Part shown: one piece after another, positions 29,604 through 38,534 of the stretch
Layout: each line of letters opens with the position of its first letter
Numbering within the stretch: the stretch's first letter is position 1
NCBI GenBank assembly: GCA_903835655.1
Contig: CAILNT010000114.1
Location: forward strand, 34,410 to 98,409
DNA length: 64,000 nucleotides
Source of the DNA: an uncultured Pseudomonadota bacterium
Lineage (GTDB): Bacteria > Pseudomonadota > Gammaproteobacteria > Burkholderiales > Thiobacillaceae
Direction: 5' to 3'
Translations under genes and position numbers: made by a program
The notes under the pieces: model-generated
The model's database searches: none
Told to the model about the DNA's origin: nothing
What the model saw: only the letters and a program-made list of their open reading frames with translations

Positions 29604-30241
29604 TGCTCGGCCGTTTCCGCCACATCGTCGTCGAAGGCCCGATCGGCTCCGGCAAGACCACGCTGGCGTGCAAGCTGGCGGCGCACACCGGCGCCGAGCT
29701 GATTCTGGAACAGGCCGACGAAAATCCTTTCCTGCGGCGCTTCTATGAAGACCGGCGCCGCTATGCCCTGGCCACCCAGCTGTTCTTCCTGCTCGCGCGC
29801 GTCGAACAGGCGCGCGGTATCAGTCAGGGCGACCTGTTCCGGCCGGCCAGCATCGCCGATTTCATGCTGGAAAAGGACATGCTGTTCGCCCGAACGCTCC
29901 TGGACGAAGCCGAGTTCCGCCTCTACCGCCAGCTCTATGATGGCCTCAAGCCCCAGGCCAGCGCGCCCGATCTGGTGATCTACCTGCAAGCCAATCCCGC
30001 CACCCTGATCGAACGGGTTAAAAAACGCGGTCGGGGTTACGAGCGCCCGCTGAACGAGTCCTATCTGGCCGAATTGGCCCGCGCTTACAGCGAATTCTTC
30101 TACCATTACGATGCCGCGCCGCTCTTGATCGTCAACAGCGAGCATCTCAACTTCGCCGAACGCGACGCCGATTTCGAGTTGATGGTGCAGCGCATCCGCG
30201 ACATGCGCGGGTCGCGCGAATTCTTCAATCTGGGGGCCTGA
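29603..30241 (+). CDS. Deoxynucleoside kinase family protein
   Basis: IVVEGPIGSGKTTL P-loop, ENPFL..FY and ..QL.FLL.R motifs. TGATG overlap with folK. Confidence 0.8.
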   Translation: MLGRFRHIVVEGPIGSGKTTLACKLAAHTGAELILEQADENPFLRRFYEDRRRYALATQLFFLLARVEQARGISQGDLFRPASIADFMLEKDMLFARTLLDEAEFRLYRQLYDGLKPQASAPDLVIYLQANPATLIERVKKRGRGYERPLNESYLAELARAYSEFFYHYDAAPLLIVNSEHLNFAERDADFELMVQRIRDMRGSREFFNLGA

Positions 30242-30243
30242 CG

Positions 30244-31026
30244 ATGTTTTTGCCGCAACTCCTGGCACGACTCGAACGGGGCGAGAAGCTGGCCGCACTC
30301 ACCTGCTACGACGCCAGCTTTGCCCGCGTGCTCGGTGAAAATGCGGTCGACATCCTGCTGGTGGGCGACTCCCTGGGCATGGCCGTGCAGGGACACGACA
30401 CCACCCTGGGCGTCACCCTGGAACAGATGATCTACCACACCGAGTCGGTGGCGCGCGGCGCCCAGGGTCGCGCCTTCCTGATCGCCGACCTGCCCTTCGG
30501 CAGCTACCAGGAAAGCCCGCAACAGGCTTTCGCCTCGGCCGCCCACCTGCTCGCGGCCGGTGCGAACATGGTCAAGCTGGAAGGCGGAGCGGTGATGGCG
30601 GCTGGCGTGCGCTTCCTGGTCGAGCGCGGCATTCCCGTTTGTGGCCACCTGGGGCTGCTGCCGCAATCGGTCAACGCCACGGGTTACCGCGCCCAGGCGC
30701 GCGACGACCACGCCGCCGCGCGCCTGATCGAGGACGCCGAAGCTCTCGAAGCCGCCGGCGCACGGCTGCTGGTGCTGGAATCCATACCGACGAAGCTCGC
30801 GGCAGAGGTCACCCAACGGCTCGGCATTCCCAGCATCGGCATCGGCGCCGGCCCGCATTGCAGCGGCCAGGTCCTGGTGCTGAACGACCTGTTGGGCCTC
30901 ACCGAGAAACCGCCGCGTTTCGCCCGCGACTTCATGGAAGGGGCCGGCAACATTGCCGCGGCCGTCCGCGGCTACGTTGCCGCGGTGAAGTCCGGGACCT
31001 TCCCGGGGCCGGAACACGGCTTCTGA
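30244..31026 (+). CDS. panB: 3-methyl-2-oxobutanoate hydroxymethyltransferase
   Basis: LTCYDASFA......VDILLVGDSLGM...GHD.T, VKLEGG and GHLGL.PQS motifs. Confidence 0.93.
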   Translation: MFLPQLLARLERGEKLAALTCYDASFARVLGENAVDILLVGDSLGMAVQGHDTTLGVTLEQMIYHTESVARGAQGRAFLIADLPFGSYQESPQQAFASAAHLLAAGANMVKLEGGAVMAAGVRFLVERGIPVCGHLGLLPQSVNATGYRAQARDDHAAARLIEDAEALEAAGARLLVLESIPTKLAAEVTQRLGIPSIGIGAGPHCSGQVLVLNDLLGLTEKPPRFARDFMEGAGNIAAAVRGYVAAVKSGTFPGPEHGF

Positions 31027-31931
31027 TGCGTTTGCTCCACGGCGTCGCCGAACTGCGCGCTGCCCTGGCCGGGCTGCGGCCAGTGGCCCTGGTGCCCACC
31101 ATGGGCAACCTGCATGACGGGCACATCGCCCTGGTCGAGCAGGTTCGGGCAGGCGGCCACCCCAGCGTCGCCAGCATCTTCGTGAACCCGCTCCAGTTCG
31201 GTGCCGGCGAGGATTTCCAGCGCTATCCGCGCACCCTGGATGCCGACTGCGCGCGGCTCGAAGCCGCCGGCTGCGACCTCGTGTTCGCGCCCGACGTGGG
31301 CGCGATGTACCCGGAGCCGCAGACTTTCCAGGTGCAGCCGCCCCTCGCGGACGAGCTCTGTGGCGCCTTCCGGCCCGGCCATTTCGCGGGTGTCGCCACC
31401 GTGGTGCTGAAGCTGTTCAACCTGGTGCAGCCGGCCGTGGCCATTTTTGGCAAGAAAGACTACCAGCAGCTGTTCCTGCTCAAAGCCATGGTGCGCCAGT
31501 TCAATCTGCCCATCCGCATCCTCGAGGCAGAAACCGCGCGCGCAGCGGATGGACTGGCGCTGTCCTCGCGCAACGCCTATCTGGCCGCGGCGGAACGGGA
31601 CGAGGCTCCGCGCCTGTACCGACTGCTCGATGCTGCGGCGGCGCGGATCGCCGCGGGAGCGCGCGATTTTGCCGCGCAGGAAGGCGCGGTCACCGCCGAA
31701 CTGGCCGCCCACGGCTGGCAGGTGGAGTACGTCCTCGTGCGCGACCGGGCCACCTTGCAAGCCCCCACCGAAGCAACCCGCGGACTGGTGATCCTGGCTG
31801 CCGCGCGCCTGGGGCGGACGCGGCTGATCGACAACATCGAGGTGCACCCAGCCCCCCCCCCGACGTCACCGGGCTCGCTTGACCAGACACGCCGGCGCCG
31901 CGCGTCGGCCCGGGACAGAGTGTTACGATGA
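31026..31931 (+). CDS. panC: Pantoate--beta-alanine ligase, with a roughly 25-aa non-conserved C-terminal tail after a C10 tract
   Basis: VPTMGNLHDGH, SIFVNPLQF, FGKKDYQQ, SSRN and TRLIDN motifs. TGATG overlap with panB. Confidence 0.9.
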   Translation: MRLLHGVAELRAALAGLRPVALVPTMGNLHDGHIALVEQVRAGGHPSVASIFVNPLQFGAGEDFQRYPRTLDADCARLEAAGCDLVFAPDVGAMYPEPQTFQVQPPLADELCGAFRPGHFAGVATVVLKLFNLVQPAVAIFGKKDYQQLFLLKAMVRQFNLPIRILEAETARAADGLALSSRNAYLAAAERDEAPRLYRLLDAAAARIAAGARDFAAQEGAVTAELAAHGWQVEYVLVRDRATLQAPTEATRGLVILAAARLGRTRLIDNIEVHPAPPPTSPGSLDQTRRRRASARDRVLR

Positions 31932-32051
31932 AGCACAGCGGCTCACACGCTCCCCTCGCCCGCATGCGGGAGTGGGGCTGGTAGTTCCATCAGTGAGGGA
32001 ACTGACATGGCCGGCCTTTCATGTTACGGGGCGGCCGGTCGGCCGGGGCGG

Positions 32052-32645
32052 TTACCGTGCCCCCTTCGCCAGGTCCATCACCACCCGCGCCACGTCGGCG
32101 ATGCGCGTCCTGTGTGTCATGGCTTCGCGGCGCAGGGCCTGGTAGGCGGCTTCTTCCGAGATGCTTTCCCGTTTCATGAGATAGCGCTTGGCCTGCTCGA
32201 TCAGCTTGTGCTCCTGCAACTCCTGGCGCGCGCGCACGGCATCTTCGCGCATCGCCTGCCAGGCTTCGAAGCGCACCTGGGCAAGTTGCAGCAGGGGCTG
32301 GATGCGTTCGCTCTCCAATCCGTTCACCACATAGCAGGACACTCCGGCCGAGACCGCGCGACGCATGGCGTCGGTCGACCCGTCCTGGCTGAACATGACG
32401 ATGGGACGCGGGCTCTTTTCGCTCATCACCACCACCTGCTCCAGCGTGTCGCGGCTGGGGGATTCGGTGTCCATGATGATGGCGTCCGGCTCCAGTTCCT
32501 CCACCCAGGCGGGCAGGTCGATGGCACGGTCGAGGCGGCCGACCAGGCGGTGTTCCGGAGCGTTTTCCGCCAGCGCCTCCATGAGGTTGTCCAGGCGCCG
32601 GCGCGAGGGACTGACGATCAGGACGGTGAGACCGGTGGTCATCAT
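32052..32645 (-). CDS. nasT: Response-regulator receiver / ANTAR antiterminator (NasT/AmiR type)
   Basis: Receiver domain followed by ANTAR (IEQAKRYLMKRESISEEAAYQALRREAMTHRTRIADVA). ATGA overlap with the nasA stop. Confidence 0.85.
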   Translation of the reverse strand: MMTTGLTVLIVSPSRRRLDNLMEALAENAPEHRLVGRLDRAIDLPAWVEELEPDAIIMDTESPSRDTLEQVVVMSEKSPRPIVMFSQDGSTDAMRRAVSAGVSCYVVNGLESERIQPLLQLAQVRFEAWQAMREDAVRARQELQEHKLIEQAKRYLMKRESISEEAAYQALRREAMTHRTRIADVARVVMDLAKGAR

Positions 32646-35356
32646 GCCGTAAGCATTTTTTTCAATTCGGGGATGCAGGAACCGCAATTGCTTCCTGCTT
32701 TCAGGGCGACGCCCAAAGCTTCCACCGATGTGGCACCCGCGGCAATGGCCTGCCTCAAGTCGCGTTCACCGACGCCGAAACAGGCACAGACGACGCGGCC
32801 GCGGTCCGGCATCGCGTGAGCGGGCTGGCCCAGTAGCAGGGCATCGAGTTCGCCTTCGCCGAGCCGTTCGCGCTCGAATAGCGATTCCAGCCAGTGGCGC
32901 GGCGGCAAGCACGCCGCTTCGCGTTCCAGGAAATACACGGCCAGCAGACGGCCGTGCCGGATCAGCGCACCGCGGTAGCGACCCGCGGCGCTGTCTTTCA
33001 TTTCCATCCAGTCGCCGGAAAATTCGAGCAGCTCGCGCATCCGCGGCGGCAGACCGGCACCGGCAAGCTCATATCGCCAGCAGGCCCGCGCGCGTATCTT
33101 GGCCCAATAAGCGGACCCGTGGATGGGTTCCCTGCCGCAGTCCAGCGCTTCTCGCGTCATGAGGTAGCCATGCCAGCCGGCAATGTAAGCTTCCACCGCC
33201 ACCGGGGTCTGCTTGAATTCGGGTTGCCCGGAGATCGGGTCGGTGACGGCATGGATCAGTGCGCCGACGCGACCCAGGCCGGTGAACTGGCCGCTCCAGT
33301 GGATGGGTACGAACACGCTGCCCATCCTTTGCTCACGGCTCGCCCGCACGCGCAGCAGCATTTCGCCGTTGCCGTTCCGCACCCGCGCCAGCGCACCGTC
33401 CTCGAGCCCGGTGCGGTGTGCATCCTGGGGGTGGATTTCCAGATAGGGCTGGTCGATATGCGCCAGCAGTTTCGCCGCCTTGGCCGTGCGCGTCATGCTG
33501 TGCCACTGGTCGCGGATGCGTCCGGTGTTGAGGGTGTAGGGGTGTTCGGTGCTGACCGCGTGAGCCGGCGGACGCGGCGCGATGGCCAGCATGCGGGCGC
33601 GCCCGCCTGGCGTGTAGAAACGGCCGTCGGCGAACAAACGCGCCGTGCCGCCGGCGGCCGTGACCGGCCATTGCACGGGTTGCAGATCGTCATACCAGGT
33701 CTCGCCCTCTCCCGCCGAGAGAGGCTTGGGGCGGGGGAGCAGGCCGGAAAGATCGAAGTCGCGGGTACCATGGTTCTCGAAGCCGGACAGCGCGACGTGC
33801 TCGGCGAAGATCGCCGCCGGTCCGTCATGGGCGAAGTGTTCGCCAAACCCCAGTCGCCGCGCCACGGCATTCACGATCCACCAGTCCGGGCGCGCCTCGC
33901 CAGGTAGAGGCAGAAAAGCGCGGCTGCGCGAGATGCGGCGCTCCGAGTTGGTCACCGTGCCTTCCTTCTCGCCCCAGGCCGCGGCGGGCAGACGGACGTG
34001 GGCGAGGACGCTGGTGTCGGTGTGGGCGACGACTTCGGAGACCACCACGAAGGGGCAAGTCTTCAGGGCCTCCGCGACGCGGTCGGCCTCGGGCAGGCTC
34101 ACCACCGGGTTGGTCGCCATGATCCAGATCGCCTTGATGCGGCCCTCGGCCACGGCCTGGAACATTTCGACCGCCTTGAGGCCGGGCCGTCGCGCCATGC
34201 TCGCCGCGCCCCAGAAGCGGCCGACGCGGTCCACGTCCTGCGCGCCGAAATCCATGTGCGCGGCGAGCTGGTTGGCCAGCCCGCCCACCTCGCGCCCACC
34301 CATCGCGTTGGGCTGGCCGGTGATGGAGAAGGGCGCGGCTCCCGGCTTGCCGATGCGACCCGTGGCGAGGTGGACGTTGAGTACGCTGTTGACCTTGTCC
34401 ACGCCGGAGGAAGACTGGTTGATGCCCTGGGAGAAGAGCGTCACGGTCCTGGGCGTGTGCGTGTAGAGACGGAAGAATTCGGCCACGTCCTCCTGCGTCA
34501 GGCCGCAATGCCCGGCCACCTGCGCGATGGACAGGCCGCTGACCGCTTCCAGGGCGGCGCCGAAATCCTCGACATGGGCCTCGAGATAGCGCCAGTCCAG
34601 GGCATCCTGGCACTTGAGGTGATTGAGCAGACCGTTGAACAGCCAGGCATCGGTCCCGGGCTGGATGCTCAGGCGCAGATCGGCGAGATCACCGGTCGCG
34701 GTGTTGCGCGGATCGATCACCACCACGCGCATGCCGGGCCGCGCTTGCTTCGCCGCGACCAGGCGCTGGTAGGCCACGGGATGCGTCCAGGCGGTGTTGG
34801 CGCCGACCAGCACCACCAGGTCGGCCAGTTCCAGATCCTCGTAGCAACCTGGCACGGCGTCGCAACCGAAGGCGCGCTTGTGGCCGGCCACGGCCGAGGA
34901 CATGCACAGGCGCGAGTTGGTGTCGATGTTGCCAGAACCGATGTAACCCTTCATCAACTTGTTGGCGACATAGTAGTCCTCGGTCAGCAACTGGCCGGAT
35001 ACATAGAAGGCCACGGCATCGGGCCCATGTTCTTCCATGACTCGGCGGAAGCGAAGGGCAACGGTGTCGAGTGCCTCCTCCCAGCTGGCGCGCTTCCCCT
35101 CGACTTCGGGGTAGAGCAGGCGCCCTTCCAGATCCAGGGTTTCGCCCAGGGCTGCGCCCTTGGAGCACAGCCGCCCCAGGTTGGCCGGGTGTTCGGGGTC
35201 GCCGCGCACGCTCCAGCGCGGTGTTCTCCCCGTAGCTGAAGGGGGAGAGTCGGGCAAGGGGCTGACTAGCACGCCACAGCCGACGCCGCAGTAGGGGCAG
35301 GTGGTACGGACGGGCGAGAGCGAGGTCGCCGCTCCCAGGGTAACGGAATCAGGCAT
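32642..35356 (-). CDS. nasA: Assimilatory nitrate reductase catalytic subunit (molybdopterin) with a C-terminal BFD-like [2Fe-2S] domain
   Basis: TTCPYCGVGCG 4Fe-4S motif, MopB domains, and a C-terminal CACFGVGERDL...GSNCGSCIPEL. The start at MPDSVT overlaps the nirD stop. Confidence 0.9.
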   Translation of the reverse strand: MPDSVTLGAATSLSPVRTTCPYCGVGCGVLVSPLPDSPPSATGRTPRWSVRGDPEHPANLGRLCSKGAALGETLDLEGRLLYPEVEGKRASWEEALDTVALRFRRVMEEHGPDAVAFYVSGQLLTEDYYVANKLMKGYIGSGNIDTNSRLCMSSAVAGHKRAFGCDAVPGCYEDLELADLVVLVGANTAWTHPVAYQRLVAAKQARPGMRVVVIDPRNTATGDLADLRLSIQPGTDAWLFNGLLNHLKCQDALDWRYLEAHVEDFGAALEAVSGLSIAQVAGHCGLTQEDVAEFFRLYTHTPRTVTLFSQGINQSSSGVDKVNSVLNVHLATGRIGKPGAAPFSITGQPNAMGGREVGGLANQLAAHMDFGAQDVDRVGRFWGAASMARRPGLKAVEMFQAVAEGRIKAIWIMATNPVVSLPEADRVAEALKTCPFVVVSEVVAHTDTSVLAHVRLPAAAWGEKEGTVTNSERRISRSRAFLPLPGEARPDWWIVNAVARRLGFGEHFAHDGPAAIFAEHVALSGFENHGTRDFDLSGLLPRPKPLSAGEGETWYDDLQPVQWPVTAAGGTARLFADGRFYTPGGRARMLAIAPRPPAHAVSTEHPYTLNTGRIRDQWHSMTRTAKAAKLLAHIDQPYLEIHPQDAHRTGLEDGALARVRNGNGEMLLRVRASREQRMGSVFVPIHWSGQFTGLGRVGALIHAVTDPISGQPEFKQTPVAVEAYIAGWHGYLMTREALDCGREPIHGSAYWAKIRARACWRYELAGAGLPPRMRELLEFSGDWMEMKDSAAGRYRGALIRHGRLLAVYFLEREAACLPPRHWLESLFERERLGEGELDALLLGQPAHAMPDRGRVVCACFGVGERDLRQAIAAGATSVEALGVALKAGSNCGSCIPELKKMLTA

Positions 35357-35693
35357 GCGCGCACGCTTCGTCACGGGTGAGAGAAATGCTGACCATCCCT
35401 TCCCGCAGCCGCACGGGGTAGCTTGCGGCGCAGCCGACATCGGGGGCTGCGGCCAGCCCGGTCTCGAGGTGGATCTTCCAGTCGTGCAGGGGGCAGGCGA
35501 CCTTCCCGCCGTGGACGATGCCCTGCGACAGTGGGCCGCCCTTGTGCGGGCAGCGGTCGGCGAGTGCGAAGAGCGCGTCGTCGACCGTGCGAAACAGCGC
35601 GATGTCGCCGCGGGCGGTCTTGATGACCCGCGCGCCCTGGCGGGGGATGTCCGAGAGGGGGCCGATTTCGAGCCAGTTTTCGTTGTGCGTCAT
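35349..35693 (-). CDS. nirD: Nitrite reductase small subunit (Rieske-like)
   Basis: W.EIGPLSDIP..GARV......DIALFR......FALADRCPHKGGPLSQGIV.G..V.CPLH.W. Confidence 0.9.
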   Translation of the reverse strand: MTHNENWLEIGPLSDIPRQGARVIKTARGDIALFRTVDDALFALADRCPHKGGPLSQGIVHGGKVACPLHDWKIHLETGLAAAPDVGCAASYPVRLREGMVSISLTRDEACAHA

Positions 35694-35773
35694 GAAGTGG
35701 TTTCCTTTCGTTGTTCCGTAATTCACGCCAATTGCCTTTCGACACCGATCAAATGAACGCCCCGAATACCTGT

Positions 35774-38440
35774 TTACGCGGCAATGACGGCCATGGGCGT
35801 GAACTCATGCCGCTGCCCGCCTTGGCCGCGTTCCTTCCACGGGTCTACCTGGGCGGTCTTCTGCGAGGCCAGGAAGCGTTCCGCCAGCAGCGCCCGATAG
35901 ACCGCGTCCTCCACCACCTTCGCCTTGATGTGGGCCAGACCCACCCGTTCCACCCAGGGCGCGGTACGTTCCAGGTAATGCCCCTCCTCGCGGTAGAGTT
36001 GGGCGAAAGCGGCGGTGTATTGCATCACCTGTTCTTCCGTTTCCACCTTGGTGAGCAAGTCGGTGATGCGCACCTTGATGCCACCGTTACCGCCGACATG
36101 GAGTTCGTAGCCGGAATCGACGCAGACGATGCCGAAATCCTTGATGGTCGCCTCGGCGCAATTGCGTGGGCAGCCGGACACGGCCAGCTTGTATTTGTGG
36201 GGCATCCACGAGCCCCAGGTCATCTGCTCCAGCTTGACGCCCAGGCCGGTGGAGTCCTGGGTGCCGAAGCGGCACCACTTGGCGCCGACACAGGTTTTTA
36301 CCGTGCGCAGCGCCTTGCCGTAGGCATGGCCCGAGACAAAGCCGGCGTCGGACAGGTCTTTCCATACTGCGGGCAGGTCTTCTTTCTTGATGCCGAACAA
36401 ATCGATGCGCTGCCCCCCGGTGACCTTCATCTCCGGCACCTGGAATTTCTCCGCGACATCGGCAATGGCGCGCAATTCTTTCGGGTTGGTGAGGCCGCCC
36501 CACATGCGCGGCACGACGGAGAAACTGCCATCCTTCTGGATATTGCCGTGGGCGCGTTCGTTGATGTAGCGCGACTGGGCATCGTCGACGTATTCGTCAG
36601 GCCAGGCGCAAAGCAGATAGTAATTGAGCGCGGGGCGGCATTTGGCGCAGCCGTCCGGCGTATTCCAGTCCATGAAGCGCATGGTTTCCGGCACGGTTTT
36701 CAGCCGGTTTTCGCGAATGGCGCCGCGAATCTCGTCATGGGTGTACTCGGTGCAGCCGCACAGCGGCTTCTTCGAGGGGGCAACCGAGTAATCGCCGCCG
36801 ACCGTCGCCGCCAGGATGGTCTCCACCAGGCCGGTACACGAACCGCAGGAGCCAGAGGCCTTGGTATGCGCGCGCACCTCGTCCAGGGTAAACAGTTTCT
36901 TCTCGCGCACCGCCCGGATGATGTCGCCCTTGCACACGCCGTTGCAGCCGCAGATCTCGGCCGTGTCGGGCAGCGACATCACGCGCAGCTTCTCATCGCC
37001 GCCCGCGCCGCCGCCGGCTCCCGAATCGCCGAGGTGATGGCGGCCGAAGAGCAGCTTGTCGCGGAAGTCCGCTACGTTGGTGCCATCGCGCATCAACTCG
37101 AAGTACCAGGCGCCGTCCAGGGTGTCGCCATAGAGCACGCCGCCCACCAGACGATTGTCCTTGAGCACCAGTTTCTTGTAGGCGCCGCGCCCCGCGTCCT
37201 GAAACACGATTTCCTCATGGTCTTCGCCACCCAGGAATTGACCGGCGGAGAACAAGTCGATGCCCGTGACCTTCAGCTTGGTCGAGGTCATGGAACCCTG
37301 GTAGCGGGCCACGCCGTGTTCCGCCAGGTGATTGGCGCAGACTTTCGCCTGATCGAACAGCGGGGCCACCAGGCCGTAAGCGATGCCACGATGGCTGACG
37401 CACTCGCCCACCGCGTAGATGCGCGGGTCATAGGTTTGCATGGTGTCGTCGACCACCACGCCCCGGTTGCAATGGAGGCCGGCGGATTCGGCCAGCCGTG
37501 TGTTGGGCCGGATGCCGACGGCCATGACCACCAGATCGGCGGGGATTTCCGAGCCATCGTTGAAGCGGAGTGCGGCGACGCGGGGTGAGGGGAAATCCCC
37601 CCCGCCCCCCCTTTGGGAAAGGGGGGAGTCGGTCTCTCCATTTGATGGAAGGGGGGCGTCGATCTCCCCCTTTGATCGAGGGGGGGAGTCGGTCTCTCCA
37701 TTTGATGGAAGGGGGGCGTCGATCTCCCCCTTTGATCGAGGGGGGGAGTCGATCCCCCCCTTTATCAAAGGGGGGGTAGGGGGGATTCCTGTGGTTGGCA
37801 GCAGCTCCGCCGTCTGCTTCTTCAGAAAAAACTTCAGCCCCTTGTCTTCCAGGCTCCGCTGCAACAGAAGCGAGGCCGGTTCGTCCAGTTGTCGATCGAG
37901 CAGGTGGCCGCCTAGGTGCACCACGGAAACGTCCATACCGCGAAGCGCGAGGCCGTTGGCGGCTTCCAGGCCGAGCAGGCCGCCGCCGATCACCACCGCA
38001 TGCCGGTATCGCCCGGAAGCGGCGATCATCGCGTCGACGTCGGCGATGTCGCGAAAGCTGACCACGCCGGGCAAGTCGGCCCCGGGGATGGGCAGGATGA
38101 AGGGACTGGAGCCGGTCGCCAGGAGCAGGCGGTCGTACTCCGCACGACTGCCATCCTCGGCTTCCACGAAACGCTGCTTGCGCTCGATCTTCACCACGCG
38201 CTTGCCGGTATGCAAGGTGATGCCGCGCTGTGCATACCAGTCGCGCGGATTCAGGATGATCTGATCCAGCGCCTGTTCGCCGGCCAGCACCGGCGAGAGC
38301 ATGATGCGGTTGTAATTGGGATGAGGCTCATCACCGAAGACGGTGATGTCGTAGAGATCGGGCGCGGCTTTCAGCAACTCCTCCAGGGTGCGCATCCCGG
38401 CCATGCCGTTGCCCACGAGTACCAGTTTCATGCGTGTCAT
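35774..38440 (-). CDS. nirB: NAD(P)H-dependent assimilatory nitrite reductase large subunit, carrying an in-frame repeat-element insertion
   Basis: MKLVLVGNGMAGMRT FAD motif, VVIGGGLLGLEAA NAD motif, a BFD-like domain (CGCNGVCKGDI) and a siroheme/4Fe-4S C-terminus (SGCPRNCAEA). AGGAAG RBS before ATG 38440. The frame stays open through the repeat element at 37591-37789. Confidence 0.9.
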   Translation of the reverse strand: MTRMKLVLVGNGMAGMRTLEELLKAAPDLYDITVFGDEPHPNYNRIMLSPVLAGEQALDQIILNPRDWYAQRGITLHTGKRVVKIERKQRFVEAEDGSRAEYDRLLLATGSSPFILPIPGADLPGVVSFRDIADVDAMIAASGRYRHAVVIGGGLLGLEAANGLALRGMDVSVVHLGGHLLDRQLDEPASLLLQRSLEDKGLKFFLKKQTAELLPTTGIPPTPPLIKGGIDSPPRSKGEIDAPLPSNGETDSPPRSKGEIDAPLPSNGETDSPLSQRGGGGDFPSPRVAALRFNDGSEIPADLVVMAVGIRPNTRLAESAGLHCNRGVVVDDTMQTYDPRIYAVGECVSHRGIAYGLVAPLFDQAKVCANHLAEHGVARYQGSMTSTKLKVTGIDLFSAGQFLGGEDHEEIVFQDAGRGAYKKLVLKDNRLVGGVLYGDTLDGAWYFELMRDGTNVADFRDKLLFGRHHLGDSGAGGGAGGDEKLRVMSLPDTAEICGCNGVCKGDIIRAVREKKLFTLDEVRAHTKASGSCGSCTGLVETILAATVGGDYSVAPSKKPLCGCTEYTHDEIRGAIRENRLKTVPETMRFMDWNTPDGCAKCRPALNYYLLCAWPDEYVDDAQSRYINERAHGNIQKDGSFSVVPRMWGGLTNPKELRAIADVAEKFQVPEMKVTGGQRIDLFGIKKEDLPAVWKDLSDAGFVSGHAYGKALRTVKTCVGAKWCRFGTQDSTGLGVKLEQMTWGSWMPHKYKLAVSGCPRNCAEATIKDFGIVCVDSGYELHVGGNGGIKVRITDLLTKVETEEQVMQYTAAFAQLYREEGHYLERTAPWVERVGLAHIKAKVVEDAVYRALLAERFLASQKTAQVDPWKERGQGGQRHEFTPMAVIAA
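37591..37789. repeat. About 200-bp palindromic MITE/REP-like element with about 36-bp terminal inverted repeats and an exact 60-bp tandem duplication, inside nirB
   Basis: 37621-37680 and 37681-37740 are identical. The 30-bp module is GGGGGGNGTCGRTCTCYCCMTTTGATSGAR. Left end GGAAATCCCCCCCGCCCCCCCTTTGGGAAAGGGGGG versus the reverse complement of the right end GGAATCCCCCCTACCCCCCCTTTGATAAAGGGGGGG. Confidence 0.85.
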
Positions 38441-38488
38441 GTGTAAGCTTCCTGTGAAAGTCGCTCCAGCGGCTATTCGTTCGCCGGG

Positions 38489-38530
38489 CAAAAAGAAAAC
38501 GGCATCCGCCCCGAGGGGGAGGACGCCGTT
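38489..38530 (-). terminator. Intrinsic terminator (attenuator) in the nirB 5' leader
   Basis: The minus-strand RNA is AACGGCGUCC-UCCCCCUCGGGGC-GGAUGCCGUU followed by UUCUUUUU. It ends about 48 nt upstream of the nirB ATG. Confidence 0.7.
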
Positions 38531-38534
38531 GTCC
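38521..38534 (-). promoter_or_regulatory. Candidate ANTAR-target hairpin overlapping the 5' arm of the leader terminator
   Basis: GGAC-AACGGC-GUCC has a hexaloop with A at position 1 and G at position 4, as in ANTAR substrates. I could not identify a convincing partner hairpin. Confidence 0.4.

Noticed and set aside
31952-31977. The hairpin CCCCTCGCCCGCATGCGGGAGTGGGG between the convergent panC and nasT genes, as a possible bidirectional terminator.
   Set aside because: The stem has two mismatches and no flanking U/A tracts, so I did not list it as a feature.
37621-37740. The tandem 60-bp repeats could be mistaken for a CRISPR array.
   Set aside because: The two units are directly adjacent with no unique spacers. 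They lie inside an open reading frame, and no cas genes are nearby.
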